A DNA stretch of 64,000 bases from an uncultured Gammaproteobacteria bacterium (GCA_964408485.1 CAYOZJ010000002.1:5235-69234), one strand, 5' to 3'; counted from the stretch's first letter, positions 1 through 9,804 are shown. Notes: generated from the letters alone by a model not told the origin. A program made the numbers and translations.

Positions 1-642
1 AGTGAGAAAAAATCCCTTCTTTTTGAAGGAGCACAGGGAATGTATCTGGATAATGATTGGGGAACCTATCCTTTTGTCACTGCATCAAATGTATTAACCG
101 GCGCAAGTAATGCAGGAGCTGGCATTCCACCAATAAAAGATACAAAAATAATTGGTATTGTAAAAGCATATACAACTCGCGTTGGTGGCGGGCCATTTCC
201 AACAGAATTAGAAAATGCAGACGGTGAAAAACTGCGGCAAGTTGGGCATGAATTTGGTACGACAACAGGAAGAGCAAGAAGGTGTGGCTGGTTTGACGCA
301 GAACTCATTCGCTTTGCTGCACAAATTAATGGATTTACCAGTATTGCCATTACCAAATTAGATGTACTTGATACATTTACTACAATAAAAATTTGTACTG
401 GATACCGATATAAAAATAAACCTGTGCATTATTACGACCTATCTGCCGAGCAGCTTTTTGACGCAAAACCCGTATATAAGACAGTTAAGGGCTGGAATAG
501 TCCAACCAAAGGTATTACTGATTTTTCCAAACTTCCAAAACTAGCAAAGGACTACATAAAAGAATTAGAAAAGCTCACCAGCGTACCCGTGAGCCTTATC
601 TCAACAGGACCAGAAAGAGAAGCAATTATTTCTAGGTCATGA
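1..642 (+). CDS. purA: Adenylosuccinate synthetase, 5'-truncated by window edge
   Basis: Frame is open from base 1 (…LFEGAQGMYLD.D.GTYPFVT); motifs KAYTTRVGGGPFPTE, EFGTTTGRARRCGWFD, TKLDVLD, ISTGPER. Confidence 0.97.
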   Translation, partial: SEKKSLLFEGAQGMYLDNDWGTYPFVTASNVLTGASNAGAGIPPIKDTKIIGIVKAYTTRVGGGPFPTELENADGEKLRQVGHEFGTTTGRARRCGWFDAELIRFAAQINGFTSIAITKLDVLDTFTTIKICTGYRYKNKPVHYYDLSAEQLFDAKPVYKTVKGWNSPTKGITDFSKLPKLAKDYIKELEKLTSVPVSLISTGPEREAIISRS

Positions 643-2048
643 AAGACTCCTTTGATTACTCCACGTATCTCTCCCCTTTTACCATACGCTATGGATCTAA
701 AGAAATGCGATCTATCTGGTCTGAGGAGAATAGACGTATGCTTTGGAGGAAAGTCTGGGTTGCGCTAGCTAAAGCCGAATATAATGCAGGACTTATTAAC
801 AAAAAAGAATTAGCAGATATTATCTCCCACAAAGATGACATAGATATTGCAAAATCAAGAAAACGAGAGGAAAAAGTGTACCACGAGCTTATGTCTGAGA
901 TTCAGATTTTTTCTGAACAGTGTAAAATTGGTGGAGGAAAAATTCACCTAGGGGCAACGTCGACAGATATTTTAGACAATGCAACAGCACTGCAAGTACA
1001 TGAGTCTCTCATGCTAACAAAGAAAAATCTTAAACAAGTCCTTGCACTTTTTGCAGAAAAAATAAAGCAATACGAAAATACAGTCTGCATTGGTTACACC
1101 CATTTGCAGCCTGCAGAACCCACAACCTTGGGGTACAGATTTGCTTTTTATGCGCAGGATTTACTCTTGGACTTACAGACTCTTGAAAAACTTGAGCCAC
1201 TTATTAAGGGAAAAGGATTAAAAGGCGCTGTAGGAACTTCTGCAAGTTTTGAAGTACTTCTCAAAGATTCCAAAACATCTCCCGAGGAGTTGGAAAAAGA
1301 TTTTTTGGAAGAATTAGGAATTGATGCTGTTACCATTGCCAATCAAACATACCCAAGAAAAATGGATCTGCTTGTTGTTGAACTTTTAGCAAATATTGCA
1401 ACGAGTATTCATAAATTTTGTTTTGATTATCGAATTCTTCAGAGTCCGTTGTACGGCGAGTGGATGGAAAAGAGAAATTCTGAGCGCGTTGGGTCTAGTG
1501 CAATGCCGTTTAAAAGAAATCCAGATAGAGCAGAAAAAGTATGCTCCCTTTGTCGCTACGCGTCAGGATTTTTAACAGTTGCGTGGAGCAATCCTGCCAA
1601 CAGTCTCCTTGAAAGAACTCTTGATGACTCAGCATCGCAACGCCTTTTCTTACCCGAAGCTTTTTTGGCAATTGATGATTGTCTAAAAAATACAAAGATT
1701 CTTCTAGAAAATCTTGAGGTAAATACTTCTGCTGTTGAAAGAAATCTTTATACCTTTGGTCAATTTAGCGCAACCGAACCACTACTTATGGAGCTTGTTA
1801 GGAAAGGCGCAAATAGACAAGAAATGCACGAGATTATTAAATCAGCAAGCATGCAAGTCTGGCAGGCAAAAGAGATAGGACAAAATCTTTCCTTGTTTGA
1901 GATTTTAGGAAAAAACAAAATAATACTTTCTTATTTGTCTGCTAAAGAACTTCACCAATACGCATCCCCTACTTCTCATATTGGCTTGGCAAAAAAGCGG
2001 ACAAAAGCATTTCTTAGACAACTTGACAAATCAAGACATGACAAGTAA
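639..2048 (+). CDS. purB: Adenylosuccinate lyase
   Basis: IHLGATSTDI, GYTHLQPAEPTTLG and the fumarate-lyase signature GSSAMPFKRNP; ATGA overlap with purA. Confidence 0.96.
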   Translation: MKDSFDYSTYLSPFTIRYGSKEMRSIWSEENRRMLWRKVWVALAKAEYNAGLINKKELADIISHKDDIDIAKSRKREEKVYHELMSEIQIFSEQCKIGGGKIHLGATSTDILDNATALQVHESLMLTKKNLKQVLALFAEKIKQYENTVCIGYTHLQPAEPTTLGYRFAFYAQDLLLDLQTLEKLEPLIKGKGLKGAVGTSASFEVLLKDSKTSPEELEKDFLEELGIDAVTIANQTYPRKMDLLVVELLANIATSIHKFCFDYRILQSPLYGEWMEKRNSERVGSSAMPFKRNPDRAEKVCSLCRYASGFLTVAWSNPANSLLERTLDDSASQRLFLPEAFLAIDDCLKNTKILLENLEVNTSAVERNLYTFGQFSATEPLLMELVRKGANRQEMHEIIKSASMQVWQAKEIGQNLSLFEILGKNKIILSYLSAKELHQYASPTSHIGLAKKRTKAFLRQLDKSRHDK

Positions 2049-2057
2049 CGTAAAGTA

Positions 2058-2258
2058 ATGAAAACATCAGAATCAGAAGGAACAGGAAGACTCTATATGT
2101 CAGACAGGTTAAGGGAAACACTCCAGAAATTAGCTCGTGATGGTCGCAGACATGGAGATTCATTAGCGATTGGTCAAGCAGAAACGGCGTTAGGTCAATC
2201 AACAGGAACATCAGTCCCAAAAAACAAGAGAAACAAACCAACAGTAAAACTTTCATAA
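2058..2258 (+). CDS. Small hypothetical protein (66 aa)
   Basis: ATG ORF filling the purB-comM gap; no recognisable motif. Confidence 0.45.
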   Translation: MKTSESEGTGRLYMSDRLRETLQKLARDGRRHGDSLAIGQAETALGQSTGTSVPKNKRNKPTVKLS

Positions 2259-2299
2259 ATCTTCTTTTCAACAGTAATTTTCTTTAGTATTCTTTAAAT

Positions 2300-3820
2300 A
2301 TGCTTGCAAAAGTTATATCTGCGGCACTTGTTGGACTCGATAGCGTACCTATTGAAGTAGAGGTAGATATTGCTTCCCAAGGACTTCCTTCTTTCACTAT
2401 TGTTGGACTTCCGGATGAGGCTGTACGAGAAGCGAGAGAAAGAGTCCGATCTGCTTTAAAAAATTCAGGAGCAGATTTCCCTGCAAAAAGAATTACCGTT
2501 AATCTAGCTCCTGCTGATTTGCCAAAAGAAGGACCCAACTATGACTTGCCTATTGCCTTGGGCATTCTTATTGCATCTGGCCAATTACCCAATCTAGAAA
2601 AAAGCAGCATGGTACTTGGTGAATTAGCACTCGACGGAAGTGTGAGAAAAAGTCATGGCATTTTATCCCATGCACTTCTTGCAAGAGAAAAACATATCGA
2701 GCAACTATTCATTCCAACGCTCAATGCCGAGGAAGCATCCTGTATTGCAGGAATTGCTCTTTTCCCTGTGGATAACTTGGGGATATTAATGCGTCACGTC
2801 ATGGGACAAAGTCTTATTTCAGCTTATCCCTACAAGCCAATTGATACGTCCTCCTTTACCAAAAACTTTGACCACGACCTGCAGGATATTCAGGGTCAGG
2901 AAAAAGCAAAAAGAGCACTGGAAATTGCTGCGGCTGGTGGGCATAACATTCTTATGAAAGGACCTCCAGGAAGTGGCAAGACACTTCTTGCCCGAACATT
3001 AGCTTCTATTTTACCAACGCTTACTTTTCCGGAAGTTTTGGAATTAACGAAAATTTATAGTGCTACTGGCCTTAATCAAGATGGATTTGTGACAATTCGG
3101 CCTTTCAGAAGTCCCCACCATACAACATCTGCAATTGCTATTATTGGTGGCGGAAGCTATCCCAAGCCTGGAGAAATTTCTCTGGCCCATAGAGGAGTAT
3201 TATTTTTAGACGAACTTCCAGAATTCCCACGCATTGTTCTTGAATCACTCAGACAACCAATAGAAGATGGTGTTGTTACCATAGCTCGTGCTCAAGGAAG
3301 AGTTACTTTTCCTGCGAAAGCAATGATTATTGCGGCGCAAAACCCTTGTCCATGTGGATATCTTGGGGATAACTCGCGTGTATGTACCTGTAGCCCTGCG
3401 CAAATTATTCGCTATCAAAAGAAAATCTCTGGCCCACTTTTGGACAGAATTGATATCCATATTGAAGTTCCAAAAGTAGAAACAGGTAAATTAACTGCTC
3501 AACAGAAAGGAGAAAGCTCTGACTTAGTTAGAAACAGAGTCCAAAAAGCACGAGATAAGCAAACCACTCGATTTATCGGTACTCCTCTTTCAAGCAATGC
3601 AGACATGGACAGTAAAGACATAAAATTGTTCTGTGAACTTAATCAAGAATGTTTGGATATTCTCAAACGCGCAGTTGATATGTTTCATTTGTCTGCAAGA
3701 AGTTATTATCGAATAATCAAACTTGCCAGGACTATTGCAGATTTGGAAGAGAGTGATGAAATTAAACAAGAATATATTGCAGAAGCTTTACAATACAGAC
3801 CAAAACAAAACAGTTTATAA
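2300..3820 (+). CDS. comM: YifB/ComM Mg-chelatase-like AAA+ ATPase
   Basis: VGLPD.AVRE.RERVRSA, VNLAPAD..KEG, Walker A GPPGSGKT, RPFRSPHH, GEISLAHRGVLFLDE, NPCPCG, SGPLLDRID. Confidence 0.95.
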   Translation: MLAKVISAALVGLDSVPIEVEVDIASQGLPSFTIVGLPDEAVREARERVRSALKNSGADFPAKRITVNLAPADLPKEGPNYDLPIALGILIASGQLPNLEKSSMVLGELALDGSVRKSHGILSHALLAREKHIEQLFIPTLNAEEASCIAGIALFPVDNLGILMRHVMGQSLISAYPYKPIDTSSFTKNFDHDLQDIQGQEKAKRALEIAAAGGHNILMKGPPGSGKTLLARTLASILPTLTFPEVLELTKIYSATGLNQDGFVTIRPFRSPHHTTSAIAIIGGGSYPKPGEISLAHRGVLFLDELPEFPRIVLESLRQPIEDGVVTIARAQGRVTFPAKAMIIAAQNPCPCGYLGDNSRVCTCSPAQIIRYQKKISGPLLDRIDIHIEVPKVETGKLTAQQKGESSDLVRNRVQKARDKQTTRFIGTPLSSNADMDSKDIKLFCELNQECLDILKRAVDMFHLSARSYYRIIKLARTIADLEESDEIKQEYIAEALQYRPKQNSL

Positions 3821-3832
3821 CTCACTGAGGCT

Positions 3833-4156
3833 CTATTTACTTGAATCGGGTTGTTCAGAGAATCTCCAACGACCACCAAATCTTTTCCCCGTTGTAACTT
3901 CTCCTGAAGAGATTTCTTCTCCTCGTTGACCCTGAGCATCGAGAAGATACATTGAAGTAGATCCATCTCCCGCAACCATTTGAATTCCCTCTCCAGTTAC
4001 TTTTGTACCATCTGCTGTAACTGCTACAGCACTGCCTGGATATGAAGCTACAACTACTTTTTTAGCTCTACCTCTTGGTGAAAGAACCGCATAGCCCGTA
4101 TCGGGCAATTGTCTACCAAATGCTTTTAGACCGTAATCAACTCTTATAACTGACAT
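3833..4156 (-). CDS. Hypothetical protein (107 aa)
   Basis: ATG ORF preceded by TATAAT and a TTGAAA/TTGACT-like -35; no recognisable family. Confidence 0.55.
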   Translation of the reverse strand: MSVIRVDYGLKAFGRQLPDTGYAVLSPRGRAKKVVVASYPGSAVAVTADGTKVTGEGIQMVAGDGSTSMYLLDAQGQRGEEISSGEVTTGKRFGGRWRFSEQPDSSK

Positions 4157-4214
4157 GATTGGTATTATAGTATGAAAATATTTTCAAGTCAACTCTACTG
4201 ATGCTCCATGGAGA

Positions 4215-4655
4215 TTATTCAAATGTGTGAAGACCCATGAGTTTTCTCATTTTCGCATCAATAACACGTTGTCCAACAGTCACGTCATGACGCGTCTGGG
4301 GAGATAAATTTAATTTAAGAATTTCCCTTGGCCCAAACCATTTACAAATTTTCCCGTCGCGAGATTGAGCAAGCGCTGTTTTAAGACTGGTTACCGGTGC
4401 ATAGGTAATAGAATAATTTTTACTCGCGTCTTCATTAAGATACGTATAGACTTCTTGAATTGTCTTAATAACAAGCTTTAATTGAAGGGTATTGCGAATA
4501 AGATCAGCAAATGTTGTTGCAGGATTGGCATCTTCTTCTACTTCTTCTGATTCAAAAAGAGACCAAGAAGGACTTATGGACTGGATTTGCTGCAGGAGAA
4601 TTTGATTACTAGGCTCGTGGTAGAGAAATCCGCTTACGTATAAACCTTTATGCAT
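4215..4655 (-). CDS. NUDIX-fold-like protein without a Nudix box
   Basis: N-terminal SGFLYH…ILLQ…WSLF and C-terminal CKWF…EI.KL resemble the NUDIX fold; GX5EX7REUXEE is absent. Confidence 0.6.
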   Translation of the reverse strand: MHKGLYVSGFLYHEPSNQILLQQIQSISPSWSLFESEEVEEDANPATTFADLIRNTLQLKLVIKTIQEVYTYLNEDASKNYSITYAPVTSLKTALAQSRDGKICKWFGPREILKLNLSPQTRHDVTVGQRVIDAKMRKLMGLHTFE

Positions 4656-4757
4656 TCATCTCTACTATAGCACAAACCTGGCTAAGAAGTACGAAATGAA
4701 TTACTATAAACATTCTTTCTTGCCATTTTCTTACATTCAGCTTATAATAACTTCACT

Positions 4758-4982
4758 ATGACAGATAAATTACATTGGACATCTCGTGGTACCGCGTATG
4801 CAAGTAAAGGAAACGTTGTTCGCCCTCGCATAGGATGGAATGGTCCAAGGATAAGGCCAATTGATTTTGGGAGAGTAGATTTTGCAGCAGATGAACCAGT
4901 TGATCAATCTAGACTACCAAATAATGTTGATGCTGCATTTGCTTCTCCTAGAAAAAAACGATTTGTGCCTGATTTAGGATAA
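4758..4982 (+). CDS. Small hypothetical protein (74 aa)
   Basis: ATG with TATAAT 9 nt upstream; converges on ruvB with a 9-nt overlap. Confidence 0.45.
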   Translation: MTDKLHWTSRGTAYASKGNVVRPRIGWNGPRIRPIDFGRVDFAADEPVDQSRLPNNVDAAFASPRKKRFVPDLG

Positions 4983-5987
4983 CTTTCCCTTCCCTTTTTT
5001 ACCCAAATGTTCGTACGCAGTATCTGTAACCATTCTTCCTCTGGATGTTTTTTTAAGAAATCCCAACTGCATGAGAAATGGCTCAATCATATCCTCAAGG
5101 GTATTGCTGTCCTCAGAAAGAGTGGATGCAAGCGTTTCTATACCAACTGGTCCACCATTATGAAAGTCTATAATTGTTGTTAGGAAGCGAATATCTGATT
5201 TATCAAGTCCTTTGTTATCAATTTCTAGCATAGTTAACACTTCATGGATAATTCCATCTGTCACCTTCCCTTTTCCTTTAACCTGAGCAAAATCCCGAGC
5301 ACGTTTGAGAAGCTTAAGAGCAATACGAGGCGTACCCCGAGACCTTTTAGAGATTTCCTTAAGACTCTCTTTATCTATTTCCATTTCCATTTTCTCACTT
5401 GCCCTTTGAATAATTTTTTCGAGCTCTAAAGGAGAGTAGAATTCAAGTCTATGTGTAAGACCAAATCTGTCCCGCAAAGGACTAGAGAGCGCTCCTGCTT
5501 TGGTTGTTGCACCAATAATAGTAAACTGTGGTAAATCAAGCCGTAGAGTACGTGCTGCAGGTCCTTTCCCTATGACTATGTCTAAGGCATAATCTTCCAT
5601 TGCCGGATACAATACTTCCTCAACTACTTTGTTGAGTCTATGAATTTCATCAATAAAAAGGATGTCTCCTTTTTCCAGATTTGTCAGAATTGCTGCCAAA
5701 TCTCCTGCTCGCTCTATTGCAGGACCAGATGTTACACGAATATTAGCTCCCATTTCCTTCGCAATTAAATGAGCAAGAGTTGTCTTTCCAAGACCAGGAG
5801 GTCCGTATAAAAGTACATGCTCTACTGCTTCCTCCCGCTTTTTTGCAGCCTGAATCGCAATAAGGAGTGCTTCTTTAACTGTTTCTTGTCCAAAAAATTC
5901 ATCCCAATTACCTGCGCGAAGACTAACCAGTAGCTTTTCTTCTTCGGGAGTTGATTCTAATTCTTTTTCAATAAGTGGCTCACTCAT
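4974..5987 (-). CDS. ruvB: Holliday junction branch migration ATPase RuvB
   Basis: [48 protein letters not shown]. Confidence 0.98.
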   Translation of the reverse strand: MSEPLIEKELESTPEEEKLLVSLRAGNWDEFFGQETVKEALLIAIQAAKKREEAVEHVLLYGPPGLGKTTLAHLIAKEMGANIRVTSGPAIERAGDLAAILTNLEKGDILFIDEIHRLNKVVEEVLYPAMEDYALDIVIGKGPAARTLRLDLPQFTIIGATTKAGALSSPLRDRFGLTHRLEFYSPLELEKIIQRASEKMEMEIDKESLKEISKRSRGTPRIALKLLKRARDFAQVKGKGKVTDGIIHEVLTMLEIDNKGLDKSDIRFLTTIIDFHNGGPVGIETLASTLSEDSNTLEDMIEPFLMQLGFLKKTSRGRMVTDTAYEHLGKKGKGKLS

Positions 5988-5997
5988 ATATACTCCT

Positions 5998-6089
5998 TGT
6001 CATTCTGGCTTGTCAGCGCCGCTTCGGCGAAGCAAGTACTGAATCGAGTAAATCTAGATCCTGGATGCGCTACGCTTACCAGGATGACA
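5998..6089. repeat. REP-like palindromic element between ruvA and ruvB
   Basis: Terminal inverted repeats TGTCATTCTGG (5998-6008) / CCAGGATGACA (6079-6089); internal hairpins CGCCG-CTT-CGGCG and ATCCTGG…CCAGGAT. Confidence 0.7.
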
Positions 6090-6098
6090 GATAAACTG

Positions 6099-6662
6099 TC
6101 ATTTTCCAAGGTATTTTAGCGCTAATTTTATTTTTTCCTCTGTTGTCTTCCCTTTTTCTCCAACTTCTCTCACTGCTTTACGTGCTTCATCTGTATTAAA
6201 TCCAAATTGTGTTAATGCGCTAACCACATCTGACTCTCCTTCTGCTAAATCTAGCTCTTCCACAGCTCCCAATTTATTCTTTAGCTCAATAATAATTTTT
6301 TGTGCATTCTTTTTACCTAGTCGCGGTACTCCAGTAAAAAAGTCCACATCTGCCTTTCGAATTGCCTGCAAAATCTCGTCTTTTTTACCTAAGGCAAATA
6401 CGTTAATTGCTGTTTTTGGCCCAACTCCATTGACACTAATTAATAGCTCAAACAGCTCAAGAGATGCTTCGTCTTCAAATCCATAGAGCTCAAGCGCATC
6501 TTCCCGAACATGAGTATGAATATACACAGTCAAAGAATCTCCAATATGAAACTTTTGCAAAATATCATGCGATCCGTAGACTTTATATCCAACCCCATTT
6601 ACATCAATCAGAAGATATGGATCATGTCGAGAAAGAAGTTTGCCGGACAGATAGCCAATCAT
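6099..6662 (-). CDS. ruvA: Holliday junction DNA-binding protein RuvA
   Basis: MIGYLSG, DVNGVGY, HVRED…LYGF, two HhH motifs (VNGVGPKTA, VPRLGKKNA). Confidence 0.97.
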   Translation of the reverse strand: MIGYLSGKLLSRHDPYLLIDVNGVGYKVYGSHDILQKFHIGDSLTVYIHTHVREDALELYGFEDEASLELFELLISVNGVGPKTAINVFALGKKDEILQAIRKADVDFFTGVPRLGKKNAQKIIIELKNKLGAVEELDLAEGESDVVSALTQFGFNTDEARKAVREVGEKGKTTEEKIKLALKYLGK

Positions 6663-6674
6663 AAAGTTATTCGA

Positions 6675-7232
6675 TTATAACACGAAGGGAATGAGCATTT
6701 TTGTGCGTAATTGATAGTCTGTATATTTCTTTCCAAAATGCGCTACAAGCAGTGTTTCTTCCTTCTTTGCTTGAAGAAAAAATGGGATAAAGAAAAAAAG
6801 AAAAGATATCCATAACCAACTTCCCATAAGAAGTTCCATTCCTACATAACTCACAACAAATCCCGCGTAGATAGGATGACGAACAATTTTATATACACCG
6901 CTTGTTACTAATTTTTGTTTTGGCGTTACTCGGGAAGCTGCAGCATATACCCATAGATTGCCCAACTGTCTCTTTGCAGCAAATGCTCCCACTACACCAA
7001 TAACGACCAATAAAAACCCCGCAACAACTACCCATATATCCTGGTGCATTGGAAAAATATTTTTCTTACCAAAAAGCTGGGTGGCAATAAGAAAAAGCAA
7101 AAACGCTTCTGCACATTGAGAAAATACTACCCATTTCCATTTTTTCTCTTGAATGGTAAGCGATAACCCGATCCAATAAGAAAAGCGGAGAAAAAGAAGA
7201 ATAAATCCTGTAACTTGCAATAATTCACGCAT
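6675..7232 (-). CDS. Isoprenylcysteine carboxyl methyltransferase (ICMT/Ste14) family membrane protein
   Basis: LVTSGVYKIVRHPIY.G and EE..L…FG..Y..Y…T..LIP motifs; several TM segments. Confidence 0.88.
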   Translation of the reverse strand: MRELLQVTGFILLFLRFSYWIGLSLTIQEKKWKWVVFSQCAEAFLLFLIATQLFGKKNIFPMHQDIWVVVAGFLLVVIGVVGAFAAKRQLGNLWVYAAASRVTPKQKLVTSGVYKIVRHPIYAGFVVSYVGMELLMGSWLWISFLFFFIPFFLQAKKEETLLVAHFGKKYTDYQLRTKMLIPFVL

Positions 7233-7701
7233 ACTTTTTACTCACCGCATGAGTAAGGGCAACTGCTAATGCATCAGCTGTATCGTCTGGCTTTGGAACC
7301 TCTGCTAATTTAAGCTGCAGCTTTACCATTTGCCCAACTTGTTTTTTATCTGCCTTACCATATCCTGTTACTGCAGATTTTACCTGTGATGGTGTATACA
7401 CAAAAACATCAAGATTTTTCTGTGATGCTGCCAATAACACCACTCCCCTTGCCTGTCCGACGCTAAATGCAGTAGATACATTTTTGGCAAAAAAAAGGTC
7501 TTCAATAGAGAGCGTATCAGGCTTATATTCATCGATAATCCGGCACACCTCATCATAAATGGCATAAAGCCTACCGGGAATATCTGATTTTGGCTCTGTT
7601 TCTACACACCCAAACCCATACACTTTAAAAGATACTCCTGATTTTTCTATAACTCCCCATCCCATTCTTCCAATACCAGGATCTATGCCTAAAATCTTCA
7701 T
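7225..7701 (-). CDS. ruvC: Holliday junction resolvase RuvC
   Basis: ILGIDPG, IEDLFF, GQARGV, VK.AVTGYG.A.K.QV, DD.ADALA.A. Confidence 0.97.
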   Translation of the reverse strand: MKILGIDPGIGRMGWGVIEKSGVSFKVYGFGCVETEPKSDIPGRLYAIYDEVCRIIDEYKPDTLSIEDLFFAKNVSTAFSVGQARGVVLLAASQKNLDVFVYTPSQVKSAVTGYGKADKKQVGQMVKLQLKLAEVPKPDDTADALAVALTHAVSKKYA

Positions 7702-7705
7702 AAAA

Positions 7706-7774
7706 CGTAAAACTAAAAGTGAAAAACTAAAAATAAAAGCACTTTATTTTACGCTTTGCGCTTAACACTTTTAG
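7706..7774. repeat. Inverted arrays of degenerate heptamers upstream of ruvC
   Basis: cgtaaaa ctaaaag tgaaaaa ctaaaaa (7706-7733) faces ttttacg ctttgcg cttaaca cttttag (7747-7774). Confidence 0.55.
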
Positions 7775-7831
7775 CTTACTTATACTAACGTACATTTGCA
7801 TTCAAAACAAGCTTAACGTATAATAGCTTTT

Positions 7832-8536
7832 ATGAAGAGAACTAGCCTCCCAGTTGCCAAAAGAAGTGTCTTTGGCAAGAAAGTAAAAAAACTCCGAAAA
7901 TCTGGTACTCTTCCTGGTAATGTATACGGCAAAGAATTAAAATCTATTGCTGTTGAAATGCCAACAAAGGAATTTTTAGCTGTATTTAAAGAAGCAGGAC
8001 ATTCTGGCGTTGTTGACTTAAAATTAGGTGAGGAAGTTATTCCAACTCTCGTCCATGAAGTAACATACGATCATATTAATGATATTCCACTTCATGTTGA
8101 TTTCTATAAAGTTAACCTTAAAGAAAAAGTAAAAGCAACCGTACCCGTTGTCCTGATTGGCGAACCTACAGCTGTTACTGAAAAACTTGGACTTTTGCTC
8201 CAAAACTTAAATGAAGTTGAAGTTGAGGCTCTTCCTACAGACTTACCTGAAAAAATTGAAATTGATGTTACCCACTTGGCGCAAGTTGGCGATATGGTAA
8301 AAGTTGCAGACATGAAAGTTGCAGGAGATGTAGCTATTATGGCTGACATGGAGCAAGAAGTTGCCAAAATTGCAGAGCTCGTGAGTAAAGAGGCAGAAGA
8401 ACAAGCAGCAGCAGAAGCAGCTGAGGCCGAAGCAGCAAGTACAGAAGGCGGAGAAGCGCCAGCAGAAGGCGAAACAGCAGGACAAGAATCAGGAGAAGCT
8501 CCTGCAGAACCTGCAGCTGAAGAGAAAAAAGAATAA
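7832..8536 (+). CDS. rplY: 50S ribosomal protein L25/Ctc with acidic tail
   Basis: R…GKK.KKLR..G.LPG.VYG, HVDFY, VEALP.DLPE.IEIDV; Glu/Ala-rich C-terminus. Confidence 0.95.
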   Translation: MKRTSLPVAKRSVFGKKVKKLRKSGTLPGNVYGKELKSIAVEMPTKEFLAVFKEAGHSGVVDLKLGEEVIPTLVHEVTYDHINDIPLHVDFYKVNLKEKVKATVPVVLIGEPTAVTEKLGLLLQNLNEVEVEALPTDLPEKIEIDVTHLAQVGDMVKVADMKVAGDVAIMADMEQEVAKIAELVSKEAEEQAAAEAAEAEAASTEGGEAPAEGETAGQESGEAPAEPAAEEKKE

Positions 8537-8587
8537 CCTCATCCTTTACCTTCTAACCTCCGAGCTAATTCCTGACGCATTTCTTTA

Positions 8588-8620
8588 AGAGAAAATCCAC
8601 TGGATTTTGACTCTCTTTTT
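8588..8620. terminator. Probable bidirectional intrinsic terminator between rplY and the YbaK gene
   Basis: AAAATCC-ACT-GGATTTT hairpin extended by AGAG/CTCT and T-run, between convergent genes. Confidence 0.5.
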
Positions 8621-8626
8621 AGAAGT

Positions 8627-9112
8627 TTAAATGAAGTTTTTAATAATTGGGCTCACTAGAGCAGTAAAATCTTTTGCGTACATTGCTATTGAAAATCGCC
8701 TATCGCCTGCATTAAAAACAATTTTCTCATTCTTAAGAAGAGTCGCATCTACATACACATCCAGACCAAATAGATTGCCAAATGGTGGTACGCCTCCAGG
8801 CACTACGCCATTGGTAATTCTGTATACTTCGTCTTGCGTTGCAAATCGTATTTCCTTTGCATCGGTCACTGATTTTACCCTGCTACTAGATAGTCTTCTA
8901 TCTCCAGGCAAAACACACATAATAAATTTCTTTTCTCCATTTCTCAACTTTGCTTTGAGAATGAGTGCTTTTGCACCTTGGGAAATTGAGTATCCATGAC
9001 GAAGCTTGGCTGCCTCCTCACTTGTCCGCACTTCCTCATGCTCAAACGTTTCATACCAAACTCCTTTTTCTCTTAAGAGCTCTTGAATTGCTGTAACCAA
9101 TTGGTGATACAT
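8627..9112 (-). CDS. YbaK/ProX (INS superfamily) aminoacyl-tRNA deacylase
   Basis: GAKALILK, GGVPPFG, FNAG..FS motifs; start moved to ATG 9112, just after the upstream stop. Confidence 0.88.
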   Translation of the reverse strand: MYHQLVTAIQELLREKGVWYETFEHEEVRTSEEAAKLRHGYSISQGAKALILKAKLRNGEKKFIMCVLPGDRRLSSSRVKSVTDAKEIRFATQDEVYRITNGVVPGGVPPFGNLFGLDVYVDATLLKNEKIVFNAGDRRFSIAMYAKDFTALVSPIIKNFI

Positions 9113-9113
9113 A

Positions 9114-9602
9114 TTATTTTTGAATAAATCTGGCTGTTTTAACGCTTTTTCGACACTTTTCCCATGGAAAGATTTTCCCACTCATTGCAATATACACACC
9201 TTTTCCTAAAAAATCTATTGCCCCCACTGCGATTCCAATATTAAATGGTGCATCTGAATCCAGAAATCGCTCAGGAATAAGTGCCCCAGTAAGAACAATT
9301 GTCTTTTTCAGACCACATAAAACTTCTGCCGTTTGCACCATGGTGTCTGTTCCATGTGTAATAATAATCTTTTCTATGCTACTTTTCTCACATACTTTTC
9401 TGATTTTCTCTCTGTCTTTTTGTGTTATATCTAAGCTATCTTTTTGTAAAAGTGGCACAATTTCATAGCTAAATCCAGGTTTCACTATTTTTAGAACTCT
9501 CTTAACAGCAGGGTCAGCTATCTCGAATGCATAGCTTTTTATTTTCTTGGGGTAATCTTTATCGATTGTCCCACCTGTTTGAATAAATAATATTTTTGCC
9601 AT
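9114..9602 (-). CDS. Stand-alone asparaginase N-terminal-domain protein
   Basis: TGGTI, DS.D, ITHGTDTM, VLTGA, SDA.FN motifs; only 162 aa, with no C-terminal domain. Confidence 0.88.
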   Translation of the reverse strand: MAKILFIQTGGTIDKDYPKKIKSYAFEIADPAVKRVLKIVKPGFSYEIVPLLQKDSLDITQKDREKIRKVCEKSSIEKIIITHGTDTMVQTAEVLCGLKKTIVLTGALIPERFLDSDAPFNIGIAVGAIDFLGKGVYIAMSGKIFPWEKCRKSVKTARFIQK

Positions 9603-9796
9603 AAAAAAATCCCTTCCACATTACCTGCTTTGGTAATATGTAAGGGCGTATTATCGCTGTACCACCTTACTTTTATCTCAAGTGCTCCGTTACCGACACA
9701 CTTTTGTTCTATTACGGGAACTTCCCGACTGGTTCTATTTATCCCGCTCAGCGGGACGTTCTTCCAGTTAGCTCCGGACGTTACTCCATCTTCGCT
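9603..9796 (-). promoter_or_regulatory. T-box riboswitch, ultrashort stem I, specifier AAC (Asn)
   Basis: K-turn stem I AGC-GAA-GAU-GGA[GUAACG]UCC-GGA-GCU; stem II ACUGG…CCAGU; IIA/B pseudoknot CGGG-AAGUU-CCCG…GAAC; stem III; antiterminator GUAAGG-UGGUACA-GCG…CGC-CCUUAC; terminator hairpin plus U7. Confidence 0.88.
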
Positions 9797-9804
9797 CTTG
9801 TTAT

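Noticed and set aside
8534-8570. taacctc-like repeats after rplY
   Set aside because: Only two clear units with irregular spacing; too weak to call an array.
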